A stretch of 64,000 bases of DNA from the human T2T-CHM13v2.0 reference genome, Homo sapiens (GCF_009914755.1 NC_060929.1); one strand, 5' to 3'. Numbered from the stretch's first letter, positions 15,396 through 30,399 are shown. The notes: generated from the sequence alone by a model not told the origin. Translations and numbers: made by a program.

Positions 15396-16154
15396 GATGA
15401 AATAAAAATTGTTTTTTAAACTGGAAATTTGTCATCCAGGCACACTCTGAAGTCTGCCTGGATACACTTTTTGGTTGTCTTTAATGGACTGTGAATGAGA
15501 GGTCTCCAGAGTGTGACTAGATCTTTATAAAGTGCTTCCTTCATGGGAGAACACTGAGCACAGAGACAGGCTTATCTACAGAGACTTGAATCTGAATCTG
15601 GGTTGAAACAGTTCAGATTTACAAATAATATATAATATTTTATCCCTACAGCATAAATATTACCACGTGTGATATTTTCTAATCCGTCTCCTTTCACAAT
15701 CTATTAAGCAGTATGGATCTTGGAAGGAATCGAAACCAATGACATGCAGAAATGACTAAGTCATTTGAGATGAAACCATATAAAAATGCTTAACTAATTC
15801 CATTGAGCTTTTCCCCTCCTATTGAGCATAAAAGTATCACAGAGTAAAAAAACATATTTATTAAATGTTCAAAAAGTTCCTATTTGTGACTTTGGCAATG
15901 GGGTAAACCGTATGGGATATTATCCTCTTCCCTAAGAACCTTTTATTCTAATATGCTGGTGATAAAAGTTTAATGTGCAACAGAAAACAATAAAGCTGAA
16001 TGTTTGTAATTTATAACTGAAGTGGATGAATTAATAATTTGGCTTTAATCTATATCATAGACACTGGGCAGGAGGAAGGATCTGCCTGTTAGACCTGTAA
16101 GAGCCCATCACCATATTTTTCTAGAGTAAATGTTAGGAAACTAGAAATAGTTTT

Positions 16155-16466
16155 GTTTTTGTTTTGTTTTGTTTTTGTTTTTTTTTGAAATGGAGTCTTG
16201 CTCTGTGTCCCAGGCTGAAGTACAGTAGCACGATCTCGGCTCACTGCAACCTCTGCCTCCTGGGTTCAAGTGATTCTCCTGCCTTCGCCTCCTGAGTAGC
16301 TGGGATTACAGGCACATGCCACCATGCCTGGCTAATTTCTGTATTTTTAGTAGAGACAGGGTTTCACCATGTTGGTCAGGCTGGTCTCGAACTCCTGACC
16401 TTGTGATCCACCTGGCTTGGCCTCCCAAAGTGCTGGAATTACAGGCATAAGCCACCATGCCTGGCC
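16155..16466 (-). mobile_element. Alu (AluS-type)
   Basis: Antisense Alu with (GTTTT)n tail; TSD TAGAAATAGTTTT at 16142-16154 and 16467-16479. Confidence 0.95.
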
Positions 16467-17122
16467 TAGAAATAGTTTTAAATAGTATTATTTAACAGCT
16501 ATTAACATATATTTATAATAAATTGCAGTACAATTAGAATGTGTATTGTAATTTAATGTATAATACTATTAACAATAATAGTAATAATTATAATGGAAGA
16601 GCTTCTGCAGGCAGCAGAGGGATCAGGAGAAGCCAGCGTTGGGGTTTTGGGGCTGTTGGGCTCAGACGGATGGGGAGCTGGTGGCTCTTTCTCAGGCACT
16701 TTCATGCCCTTCTTACCTGTATACAGAATGACAGTGTTAAATACTTAATCATCTTATCTGTGGCTTGGTACTCACTGGAAAGAGGATTGTCTTGGAGAGT
16801 GGCCCTTCCATCCCGTTTCCCTTTCTTTGATGTCATGAAGAGCAGTGGGTCTGTCCTTCATGGGCGGCAAACTCTGTCTGTGCCCTAGACCTCGCCCCTC
16901 TCTCCTTGTCAAGAACATTTCTCCAACAACATTTCTTCTCCTTCCCGGGTCTCCCTTCTCTTACTCTCTTCTGCATTGTTCCATCCGCAAGCATCCATGC
17001 TAATGCCACAGCCATGCTGCCTTCATGTGAGCAAATAATTCTTGACACACAGTCTTTTCATTTCCTTACTTCAAAGCATGCTATGTTGTGGAAGAAATGT
17101 CTAGTGATTCAGGATGCCAGAA

Positions 17123-17155
17123 CTACCTATCTGTCTATCTGTCTATCTATCTATC

Positions 17156-17202
<47 letters not shown>

Positions 17203-17292
17203 ATCTATCTATCTATCTATCTAATCTTTCTTCTATGTATCTATCTATCTATCACCTATCTATCTTCTATCTGTCTATCAATCTATCTATCT
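17123..17292. repeat. Compound (TATC/GATA)n microsatellite
   Basis: About 170 bp of TCTA variants with a perfect core of ~11 ATCT units at 17156-17202. Confidence 0.97.
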
Positions 17293-17522
17293 GAATTTCT
17301 ACCTCAGAAAATTAAACAGTTATAATTTTGGACAAATTCACTTTCAAACTTTTCCACATATATTCAATGTATATACTTATAATAATATATAAATATTATT
17401 ACTTTTGGAGAAATTGGGACAATAGAGGTACTTTAAATACTCTTTGATCACTCCCAAAAATCTGGTTCACTCTACCTGTTTCCAAATGTATCTACCATTA
17501 CAGGTAGCCACACCATTTTTAA

Positions 17523-17885
<363 letters not shown>

Positions 17886-17899
17886 TGATTTGTGTTTTT

Positions 17900-19450
17900 G
17901 AACATAAACAGCGTTACACTATATTTATGACTGCAGTTTGCTTTTGCATACAATGGTATGCTTTTAAAGATCTTTCCATATTTGTAACATATGAATCTTA
18001 TGTCTTCTTTTATCTTATGAATATATCACCCTCTATTCACCCTTCTCCCAAAATGATTATTCAATCACTTCATATATATTTTTTCAGATAATACAGATTT
18101 GAATATTTCTGTAATATAGCCAAAGCAGAATTGATGGATTATAGGGAATGTACAACTGTAATTTTAGTAGAAACTGCCAGAGTATTTCCAAGGTGGCTGG
18201 ATTTGTGTTTATGCTTCAATATTATTGGTAACAGACAACCTCAAAGCATGAGACACTTATAAGAGCACACGTGAATTGCCATGCTGGCGCATCTGCAGGT
18301 TGGCAGCAGTGAGGAGTCTTGGCTGTGCATGGATGGATTCAGATTTGCTTCAGCGTCTACACTTTGTGGTTCAGAATTCACTGGTCATGGCCACATAACA
18401 GGCTGTTCTTGTGGACTCTCCTACACGTGGCAGAGGGGCAGGGAGACTGTCAATGTCCCTGTGACTTGAGCCTGATTCCAATCAGGAGATAAGATACATG
18501 GCCCGGTCCAACACCAGTGGGAAGGAGCAAAACACTCATCAATTGGCAAAGGACAGTGGTGAGTGGTTCTGATGGGCAGGGGTGCAGACCCACATGCCCT
18601 GTGGTTGTGAAACCTGTCCTCCCAGCCGCACCGTGGGAGCAGCTACTTCCTGTAACGCACAGTGGTGTCAACGTGACTCCTCTATTGCAATATGATGAGG
18701 GGAAATGCACCCTTCCTCATTATAGTTAATGCTTCTCTGCTTGCTAATGAGGCTGGATTTCCTTCTATATTTACATTGGTCATGTGTGCATTGGGTGTAT
18801 GCGCCTTATTATTCTGCAAATTTGTTAGAAAGTGTATTTTGTCCGTTTTTCCTATGGGCGTGTGCCCATCTACTTATGGTGAGAGGTATATTTCCTAAGC
18901 TATTAGTCAATTGAGGGCACATTCTTTGTTACGCTTGAAACATCCCTAACCTCTCCCCAGCTGTTCCTTGACTTTAAGGTGTCTTGTCACAGAGGAATTT
19001 TTAATTTTGATGTGGTTATAATTTTTTATCTTTCTTTTTTTTTTTAGAACTTGATTGAAAGATCTCTTCAATCTATGACTGTGAAGATAATGTTTTATTT
19101 GCTTGTATGTATTTCAGGCTTGTTTTTTCGGATCTGGGACTCAGTGCTTCCCTTCCATTTTATTTGTGGTATGAAACAGGTGGGCTTTAGGATGATGGAT
19201 GGCTGGCTGTCCCTGCTTCCTCTGCTGATGTACACTACCCAGTCTTTCTGTTCCTCTTGTGCTTTGAAATGGTGATTACCTCCAACCCCAGCTTTGGATA
19301 TGTTTGGGTCCTCTTGTCCTCTCTAGTCCCTTCTTTTCATGTGTCTATTAGCCCGCGAAATGTCATTGTTGCTATCTTAGTAGCTTGTTGATGTGCCTTG
19401 ATAGCTGGTAGAACAAGTCACTCCCTCCCTGTCATCTTACTGTTCTAAAA
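17900..19450 (-). mobile_element. Patchwork of old antisense L1M fragments with a probable old MLT1 LTR (~18215-18600)
   Basis: T-rich antisense L1 phrases (AGAATTGATGGATTATAGGG, TTTTAATTTTGATGTGGT, CTTGATAGCTGGTAGAACAAG); boundaries approximate. Confidence 0.5.
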
Positions 19451-19810
19451 TTGGATTGGTGACTTCTGGCTTCTGCCAGGGAGATAAAAAGCTGGAAGGA
19501 TTGTTGCTCCCACTCATAAATAAGGAAAAGCTAGATAATCTCACAAAACATAATTTTAGTGTTCCCGTCTCAGAACTGACGTCTTACGACAGACAACCAA
19601 CTGACCTAAAATCTGCAGAAACACCGGTGCTTCCACAACAGTTTTTATTTGAAGAAAGGAGAAGAAAAAACAAATGAGATCTACATTATAGATACAGCAT
19701 TGGCCTGACAATGAACAATTAAGTTGCTTCTCATTATTCATGGTACTTATGCTCTGTGGAGTCACTGTGAGCCCTGAATCAGATCTTCATTTTAGAAAAA
19801 GCATGCTCCA

Positions 19811-20400
<590 letters not shown>

Positions 20401-20567
20401 CGTGTTCTGGGGAGGTAGTCAGGTCTCTACAGCCAAGGCAATCCTCAAAGAAACCTGCCCATCCAAAAGTTAAGGAGCAATTTCTCCCCTTTAAACCCTT
20501 CAAGGTATTCTCCTCCAAAGTTAAGTGTTGGTTTGCTGAGGGTTAGCATTGAGAAGTGAAAGAACTC

Positions 20568-20927
<360 letters not shown>

Positions 20928-21877
20928 TTAAGCTGACCTTGTAACAGCACGAGCTGCATAATGTGTGCGTGGAGACAGACAGACGCATTTGGTTGGTGTG
21001 CCTGCCTGATGCCCATGTTAGATCAGAGAACGGTGAATCAAGGGCATGGGTCTCACATGTATTTCATTACCCTTTTCTGCACTTTACCATTCATGGCTTG
21101 AGCACATTTGCTTTCTCGGATGAACTGTGCAGCTGCAGGTGTCCCTTGTCTTTCTCAGGTGACACTTCAGGAACCATGCCCAGAGGTGCCCCAGAAACTT
21201 CCAAGACGTCACCATCTAAGAAGGAAAAGTAAAGAAAAGAGACCAAGGACAATACATAGAAACTATTTCAGTGATATAAGAGCGGGTTTTTTTCCTATAA
21301 ATCTTCCCACTCAAATTATTTACTGGACAGATGTCAGGTGTGCTGTCACGCATTGCTCTGTCTTTTCTGAATGGCCTCAGGATTGTATAATAAAAATGAT
21401 TTTAAAATTTCAATGTGACAGAAACCTCAAGTTTACAATAATTCAGGAATTCACTGAAATGTGTTTCGATGGAGCCCCACATCCCCAAGCACTGTGCCCT
21501 CGGTGCAATGCTGGACCTTTCAAACATGGCTGGCCTTTGAGGGACCCTGCACCTGCTCACCTGTGCCCTGGGGGACTGGAACAGCAGCAAGGCCTTCCCT
21601 CACAGGCTGAAAATCAAGTTCACACTTTGGGGGAAATAAGAGAGAAAACCAATTTCAGAATGTCTCCTGCCATCCCCTTTATACAGTTTTAGATGGTAAA
21701 ATCGTCTCTAGGAGTGTTTTCTGAATTTTAGTTGGTGAAGGTACCAGTAAGCCCGCTGTTCGTTGACACCTGGTGTGTGTCCAACACTGTTTTAAACCAA
21801 GGAGACCTGGGCTCTTTTAGGAATGGAGGAGGGCATTGTGGAGGGGGGTGACACACAGGAAGGGCACTGAACAAATA

Positions 21878-22337
21878 GGTTTCATCTCGTTTTCTGTGGT
21901 ACTTATGCTCTAGAAGGCCACTGTGGACCTCAAATCAGTGCGTCCTGAGTCACTGCTCCTCGGAGAAGCATAGGGGTAAGTGCCTGTGACTCTCTGGTCA
22001 CAACATGTTTGTCAACCTATTAATACATAACCTCAATTTATGTGTGTTTCTGTTTAAGGGTACCTCATTGAATATTGTTGATTCATTGACACAAAAATGT
22101 AAACATTATGCACCAAAGATGGCAGAAAGGGCCTGTCTTTATGGGATGAGCTGAAACAGGAAGTCAGAGTGAGGCCTTCGGCTTCGTCTGGGGACGTGCC
22201 AGTCAGGTGACTCACATTTGTCACTACTCTGCACATGAACATGTCCCCAAGTGTCAGGAAGGTGCCTGGAGTATTGATTTGAGGGTTAAAACAACTTCTA
22301 AAGAGCAGGCAAACCTGCCCACAGTTCGGATGGACTG
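21878..22337. mobile_element. MER82-like Tigger DNA transposon, internally deleted
   Basis: CTCTGGTCACAACAT...AATACATAACC...TATGTGTGTTTCTGTTTAA and GAGTATTGATTTGAGGGTTA match the recalled MER82 consensus. Confidence 0.75.
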
Positions 22338-22421
22338 TGTAATGGCAATCCAGGCGCAGACTGTGTTGCCACTGAGATCAGTTCTCTGGCATTTGAAACA
22401 GATAGAGACCATGCGGATATA

Positions 22422-23010
22422 CAGCAGGTCCTCCAGTGATGCCGTTCTGCTCAACGTGGTTTCTTTACAATATTGATAAGAAACAAAATCCATCCCCGAC
22501 CGGCGCTGTGTGTGGTTTGCAGGTTCTCCCTGGGTCGGCATGGGTTTTCTCTGAGTCGTTCGGTTCCCTCTCTAATTCCAAAGCTGTGCAGGTTCCGTTC
22601 ATGGGAGTCTCATGGCCCCAGTGTGAGTGAGTGTCGGTGCTGGTGGTGACCCTGCCACGGGACGGCGTCTGTCCAGGCTGGTGTCAGCCTTGTACCTGAG
22701 CTGCCAGAACGGGCTCCTGCCACCCATGACCCTGAACTGGAACAAGCATGTAAACAATGATCTCACTTGTTTTTATTAATCTTTCTTAAATGTATGCATT
22801 GCTCACATTTATTTCAATGTTTAATATTAGACGTGTTTGGGGCTTTTACTTAGCCATTTGGTGATGTTTCTGTGACCAGAAACATGATCTTAGAAACTGA
22901 ACTCTTGTTTATGTCACCTAGCCTATGGAAAAATTCGTTTCATTCTATGTTGTTTTGCTTAAAGTCGCAGTTTCCAAGATCCAATGGACAACGTTAAGCA
23001 ACGCCTAACC
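22422..23010. mobile_element. MER6A-like Tigger element containing the V-SINE domain
   Basis: TA|CAGCAGGTCCTC start; V-domain-like GTGTGGTTTGCAGGTTCTCCC...TGGGTTTTCTC; GACCCTGAACTGGAA; end GCTTAAAGTCGCAGTTTCCAAGA...GTTAAG. Confidence 0.8.
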
Positions 23011-24712
23011 ATGCTGGGAATAACTGGCTTGTTTATTTTGAAATGTTGGTTCAAGTAAAACATTCTGTGTGTAGTTACACTTGGGGTGTCTGGGCCGCCG
23101 TTTTCTAGAGTATGTGCACATGGGGCTAAAGCAGTGGGTAGGACCCCGATCAACCTGTGGGGAGAGGAGCGCGTGTCCTGACCTTCTGAGGGCTGTGCTG
23201 AGGGACAACTGCACTGTCCCCGAAACAAGACACACGTTAAAGCCACAAGAGACAATAGGCACGATCTCTCTGAGCCCCCACATTTCAAATACTGCAATAC
23301 GGTAAAGAGGTATGTGAGCTTCCCAAGCACTGAGAGTGCCACTGTGGGTTGGAAAGAAACGCCTCCTCCTTCATCCTGAGTGCAATGATGGTTTTTCTAG
23401 AGGGGGCTCCAGTGCCGGCCATGCTAGATCCACATTTGAGGGCTATGTTTAGTAATCCATTCGTCCTTCGCTCTGGACGACTCTCCATCTCATGTTTATT
23501 ATTTTAAATAAATTAAATATTCTAAGAGTCCCCAAAGCAGCACATTCTTTTCTAAATTAATTCCACATAGGATTTATTACATAGAAACTTTAGCTTTTTA
23601 TACTCTACCAGAAGAAAAGCAGCTAAATGTCTCTCCTATATATCAGGTCAGTAGCTTTTAGTTTTTATTGAATTTTTTAATCTTATCTTCTAAAATCAAA
23701 GCACTGGTGAAATCACCACCATTTAAATTGATTAATTGGAAGAGTTGCATTATGTAACATCAAAAAACATTAACACGAATTACTCTAACGATATCAGACA
23801 GGAACTCAGCATTCAAGATAATTCTGTAATTTTAAAAATATTAAAATAAAGTCTAATTCCTGGTAAATCTGTGCTGAAAGAGAAATTGTAGCAAACTCAG
23901 AATCAGTTTCTAATTTTTTTTTCTGTTTTCACACAAGCAGAAATGTGTGTCAAGTATGAAGACAGAAAAAAAAGCATTAAAAATGTTAGTCTACATTAAA
24001 AATGTAGTCATATTTGACAAATACATATCATGCACTTAAAGCATCTAAAGTCAAGTGAAATAATGCACGCACCCTTCTTGTTCAACATTCACTTCATAAA
24101 AGAGAGAGACTTGCAAACATAGAACCATTTATCTATTGAATACATGTTTTCTGGGAGATAAAATATAATTCTTACACAAGCACCAAAACATACATTGACA
24201 GTATGTGGTAATGTAAACATAACACTGATTACGTTAAGGTGGCCCAAGGCATAGGATCTTTGTAGAATTTGAGGCTGGTGAGGGTGTCCACTACCTATTA
24301 CTGACAACTTGCATGGAGGAACAGGACCCAGGCGAGCTGTTCACAGAAATGCTGTGTGTGCTCCTGGCTGAGCTCTTCTGTCCCCTAATTTTAGGTTATT
24401 TTCCCTCACTATTTTCTCCATGATGGCCACATGTGCAGGGGAAGGAAAAACTTCCTGTATGTGGGGTTTCAAGGTGGATGGGTGAGCTAGGAGTTGTGGG
24501 AGGCCACTGTTAACTGAGGATGTGGATGGAGATGCAGAAACCCTGGAGGGCCCTCCTGCCCGCCCTGCACCGTTTGAGTTTGGCTTCAGGTTGGGGGGTG
24601 ACTTAATAATTATGTGAAAATAGCAGCTGTACAATAATTGGGTAATTTCTCCTTAACTATGTTACTTCAGAGGCAGTAACTGAGGAGCAGTTCCTACAGC
24701 AGACATTCATAG

Positions 24713-25133
24713 TGTTACGGTTGGAATTGTGCACCCACCACCAGAAAGAAATGTCAGAATCCTAATGCCCGGGACCTCAGAATGTGACCTCATTTGGAAA
24801 TAAAGTCTTTGCAGATGTGATGACTTAAGATGAGGTCACTGGGTTGTGTTCTAATACAATACGACAGATGCCCCTATGCACAGACACCCACACAGGGAGT
24901 GCTCCATGTGAAGACAGAGATTGGACTTGTCCTACCGCAAGTCAAGGAACACCTGGAGCCACCAGGATCTGGGAAAAGCAAGGATCCTCTGTTGAAGCCT
25001 TGGAGGGAGCTCAGTCTTGAGGACACCTTGGTTTTGGCCTTCACCCTCCAGCACTGTGACAGAATACATTTCTGTTATTTTAAACCACCAAGTTGGTGAT
25101 AATTTGTTATGGCATCCCCAGAAAACAAACATA
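24713..25133 (+). mobile_element. MLT1B/C solo LTR
   Basis: ACCTCAGAATGTGACCTCATTTGGAAATAAAGTCTTTGCAGATGT ... ATTTCTGTTATTTTAAACCACC...AATTTGTTATGGCA. Confidence 0.9.
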
Positions 25134-27549
25134 AACCACCAGGTCCACGGGAGCAACTGGGTTTATGCAAATTCAAGACTGAGTTGCGGGACAGAGTCTC
25201 CCAGGACAGCCGTCCACATGCGTCCACGTGAAGTCCCCTCAGGCTCTGCTGGCTGCCTCCTTCACAGTTCCCCGTTAAAAACACTCACTTTGTGATAAGA
25301 TGCACTCCAGATGCATTCTACAAAAATAACTTTAGCAGTAATGGAATCGTTCATTATAAAGTAGGAAATGCAGAGATCATTTTGTTTTCTGGTATTAAGT
25401 GATCATGTTTATCAGTCGTAACTGAATTCAGGTCTTTGAAACCTGCCTATGCCTCAGTCTTTCCTAGATATTAGGCATGCCTTTGACAATACAAACCATT
25501 CTCAAGTTCTTCCATACATTTGTCACACGTTTGTAGCATTCCATGATCCAGATGGATTAAAAGTTCTCCAAGAGCATTCCTATCGAGTAACTCATTCTCT
25601 CAAGCGTTTAGCTTTATTCTTGTAAAAAAAAATTGCATACACATCAATTCTTTGGACCATGCTATGTGTATGAAAACAGTTTTAGTAGACTGGGAACTTG
25701 GGTTATGGCAGACACAGAAAATTACACATATTGGAACAAGCCATCTTGGTCCCTATTGAAATTCTCCTAAATGAATGCTCCCTGGGAACTCGTTTCCCAG
25801 GCTACTCTGTCATCTGTGCTGTAAGACTCTCGGCTCTTTGGGGACCTGAGCAGATCTTGTGGCTGAGATGATGGCTCACTGTTCTCGCATTGTTTCCTGA
25901 GCTGGGATGTTGAGCACTTTCCCAAGCAGAGTGTGAGCCAATGCCAAGTATTTTCATCCCCTGCAGCTTCTGACAATGGGAACCAGTCCACGGCTCGCCC
26001 ATAGAAATGGAAGGGCTCTTCCTAGTTAGCTCACAACATAATGCATCCTAAAAGACGGCTTCAGGATAATAAATGATTTGTGGCTGCAGATCCCAGTGAA
26101 TTTGAGGGAAACAAGCATTGCACTGAATGTGCATAGATCACCCTGCTGGAGCCCCACCGTGAGCTACGTGAGAGTCTGGCCTGGCAGAAAACAATTCCAC
26201 AGAGATGAACACATCACTGCCCCTTTATAAACCAGTATGATTTGTTCAGGGAATTCCAAACAGAGCAGGGAACACTCAGCCAGTGTGTTCTGTTGTGTGG
26301 CTCTTGTCTTGATATGCAGAAAGGGTAAACATTTCAAAATAGGGAGTCAGGAGGGGTGCATTCTTTTTCCCATCATTTTTGGAACAAAACATTCAACTTG
26401 TTGACCCCAATTCAATATGTAAATAATGCTATTTGATGCATGACTTGAGGGAAAGCACACGTAGTCACACCATATAAGTGCCAAATTCTAAGGAATCTTT
26501 CTAAACATAGAAGTGTCCTAAGCAGGGTTCATAAGATGGATTATGTATTTAAGATCCTTTCTGAACTTCATATTTAAGTGGAGTTTTTAGGTAAAGTAGA
26601 AGTCAGCTGATTTCTATTCAAGTCCACTAAAAGCTGGTCCTCATATTCTGTCTCCTCTTATCTGGATCCAGAGATTAAATACCTACCAACTTGGAGTACA
26701 AATGAAATAGAAAGACAAGCTGGCATTGTAAATTGAGAAAGACGGTAAACCCAAACGGGGCACACTGAGCTTTGAGGGTACTGAGCACGCCTGAATGAGG
26801 TGCTCTGTAGGAGTGAGGAGGGCAGCTCGCAGACAGGGGATTGGTCTTCAGCTATTAGTTCATGGCAGGCAGGCAGGGGAGATGCAATTTGGTCAGATTT
26901 CTTTGGCTGACAAATGTCTTATTAGAATGAAGTTATTGACTTCATCCTTGAGATATTAGCTGATTTTGTTAGCGTTGAAAGACTCCCTCTTCCAGTTCCA
27001 TCAGGGATTCTCTTTTCTTTCTAAAACATTCAGTTCCAGAGGATTTTTATGTTATTGAAAGTCTTGTTTTTATTTTTATTTTTTCCAGTGCAATGTTAGG
27101 TGAAGCCTTAAAAGTGGCAACATGTTTTCCTTACCACCTGTTTAGCATGGCCTCTCCCCACTTCCATGACCTTTTAAAGAGTCAGTAGTGCTGATTTTTG
27201 GATGAAGTTAGGAAGTTTTGTCCCAAAGGAAAGTCTTGCATGCTAAACATACTTTTTTTTTCTCTGCATTACTCCTTTCTTTTTCTTTTCCTTTTTCTTT
27301 CTTTTCCTTGCCATCTATATAAAGAAGGGTGATGGTGTTTTATGTTCGGTCCAGATCCTCGAAAAGGCATGTTTACCTAAACGTATTTGAGACCCATAAG
27401 ATAGCATTAAGGAATTCCCTCCTGTGATCCTGTCTCATTGCTTTTCTGAGGAATAAGGCATTGCTGTCTCTTTCACTGGATTTTTATTTAATAGTGAGTA
27501 TATCTCCTATTTGAAACGGGGGGTGTGGTATGTTTTTGCTAAGGAGCTG

Positions 27550-27700
27550 GGGCTTGCCTGCCCTGGGAAGGGCCCGCACTGTGCAGCTGCCAGGGGCGGC
27601 CGGCAGAGCTGCACGTGGCTAGGGGGTGCGGACTGCTGGCCTCCGGCAGGTGTCTTATCAAAAGCACTCCGTCTGGTGTTGCTTCCTGTTACTTACCCAC
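27550..27700. promoter_or_regulatory. Small GC/CpG-rich candidate cis-regulatory module
   Basis: CAGCTG 27584, GGGGCGG 27593, CACGTG 27612, CAGGTG 27647, TCTTATCA (GATA) 27653, CTTCCTGT (ETS) 27682, in AT-rich surroundings. Confidence 0.45.
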
Positions 27701-27816
27701 CAATATCTACCCTGTGATATTTCTGTTTCTTAAACATAGTTGCAAGAGGAATAATGGAGATTTGCCCACTAAATGAATATGAGAAAAGCTTGAATTTTTA
27801 ACTAAAAATTTTAGCC

Positions 27817-29240
27817 CAGGGCTTCTCAAACATTTTGGGTCTATAAACTCCTTCTGCAGTAACGTATCTAATGAATTCCCTCAGGAATTTTTAAAAAGTA
27901 TTTCATCTGTTACATAATAAAGAAGTGATTTTCTTTAAATAATATTTTAATCCAGAATATCATTAAAATTTTATTCTAATTTTTATTCTTATATAGTCTT
28001 TGACAATGGCTAAAACTTAAAGACATTTTGTTTTGGCCATTAAACAAGTACACATTTTATTTTATTTTTTTCAATTACTTATGTGCATAAGAACTCTCAA
28101 TAATTTGGTTAAAAATTGTCACTTAGTTTAATTTGGTATCAAACTATATTAAAATGTAGATGAACTTTAAGTACAAGTTATGGTACTAAGATGTATAAAT
28201 CTTGCTATTTTTTTCCTGCTATTTAAAGTATCTATATTTTGTTCTTTGTGTAATTAGTCGGTTTACTTTTTAATCACTTCATATTATTTTAAATTGTAAT
28301 ATAAAATGAGACTTCAGTCTGCTACTTGCAGTTATTTCTTGTTGCACATTAAGATTTTGTCTGAATAAATTGAAAAAAAAATTGAATACAAAAATACAGT
28401 GAGTATACTGTAATTTTTTCACATTCTCTTTGAAATATTAAATTAATGTTTATATGATATTTTAAAATTTTAATCAATTAAATGCAATTTAAAAACTAGT
28501 AAAGATTATATTAAAATGCATTGGTAAAATTATTATAATCTTATTCCTCTGGTTATTGTATTTCAATATCTGTGTTTCTTTTGCATTCTCTCTTAATGCA
28601 ATAAAACTCCAGATTATGGGTTACACAATATATGAATCTTTCAGCTCTCTATTCCCAAATAACAAACTGTACAAAGCTTCGGTGGATTGAATCAACAACA
28701 CCTTATTATTTCTCACGATCCTGCAATGTGGCTGAGCACAGCTAGGTGGTTCTTCTCCTTCCCCTGGTGTCTTCTGGGGCTGCAGATCCAAGATGGCACC
28801 TTTACTCATGTGACTGTGACCCAGGTGGGGAGAGAAAACAGCAGGGGGCAGGAGCGGAGCTGCACTTCTTACCTGTGGCTCAGGGGTCCTAAAGACCTAA
28901 GAGCAAACTACTAGAAATAGCAACACACAGCATCACTTCATTTGATGACGGAATTCTTGGAAAATGGCCCACCTATCTGCAACAATTTCCAAACCAATAT
29001 TTTGAAACCCTTTTGTACTCAAACTTTGCAGTACAATCGATCTCGGATTTCCTACCTAAAACTAGAGTGATAGTCTTTTATTTTAACACTGACCACTTTA
29101 ACGTACCTGTGATTTAAATCTAATCACTAGGTGCTGCAGACACAATGTTTCTGAACATGCTCAAAGTGCTGTGGTGGCATTGCTTTAGTGGCATAGAGTG
29201 CCCTTGGAGCATTTTCAAGAGGATAGATGTGTTGAAGAAC
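27817..29240. mobile_element. Probable hAT-Charlie relic with a nested old MLT1 LTR (~28635-28945, minus strand)
   Basis: TIR-like CAGGGCTTCTCAAAC then a very AT-rich body; the nested segment has MLT1-like ATTATTTCTCACGATCCTG, GCTGAGCACAGCTAGGTGGTTCT and TCCAAGATGGC. Confidence 0.4.
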
Positions 29241-30399
29241 ATGTTTGTGTAAGTCAGCTTTTTAAATGACCAATTTTCATACTCTACATTTTATGCATTA
29301 TGCTTTTCTTTGATTCATATCTATCCAGTTGTAAGCATGAGTGAAATATTTTCATGAAAAAATATTTCATGAATGGTCCTTTTCAGTTTTACAAAATAAA
29401 TATATTTTAAAAGCATATCTAATGCCATATATATTTACATGCTGGCTGTTTATTCATATAAACTCTACATCCTATTACCACTTCATGGGTAAAGCCCGCA
29501 GAAAATCAGAAATAGTCTCCTAGTTTCTTGCTAGGAGTTTGAACAGGATTAAAGTATCTGTTGGGTTAGTTTTCTTTGCTTGAATTTGCATTTGTGAAAG
29601 TCAATACTTTCACCTGGCTATATTTTTTCCCACTCTGGAAAATAATCTGCAAATTTGTGTCTTCCTTAAATTCAAAAAGATTTCTTCTGGTTTATTGTTT
29701 TATGTTGGTTGTCTTCATTTGCCCTTTGAAACTCTTTAGAAATATATTTTATCAATATATTGAATCTTTGTGTATGCAACTCATATTCTGATTTCTCTTT
29801 GATGACTTTAATTGTTTTGTAATTTTATTCTATTTTCTATTTTTTAAATTTGTCATCCACAGCACTGATTCTCTTTCCCACAGTGTTGATCTTAATACTA
29901 TTTTAAACTCTTCAGTTTTCATATTTTGTGTTTTTTTTCTAGATCTTCTAGCTTTTTCTAAAAAAAAAACTCAGTCTGTTGTTTTATCTTCTTACTTTTT
30001 CTAGAATCCATGTTTTGGGGGGTTGGAATACAAATGATTTTAATAAATACGTAATTTTCTATTCTATATTTTATAATACATTTTTAAAATATGTTCTTCT
30101 TTTTGTATAAATCTTTTTTTTTTTTCTCTTTGAATATCAGGAGTTCCAGACAGGCCAGATACTTCCTTGCTGCGTGGGCAGATGGTCCTTCAGCCTCCTC
30201 TGTCTTTGATGAGTTGTCTGTGCCTGTGTCATCAAAACTCAAGTTATAGGTGTAGAGCCTGCATCTCTTCTTAACAGAGTTTTATGATCTTAAAGGAAAC
30301 TATACAGTGAACAGCCCTGCAAAGGTGAAGAGGAGCTTATTACCATGACACAGATTTAACACTGGGCAAGTCTCACCTCTCTAAATGTGCATGACCCTG

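Noticed and set aside
16906-17325. 139-aa ORF with LSIY repeats (and the 56650-56847 YVYM ORF)
   Set aside because: Translations of microsatellites.
21108-21692. 194-aa ORF overlapping a good acceptor at 21158
   Set aside because: Non-ATG start, no recognisable homology and no convincing matching donor.
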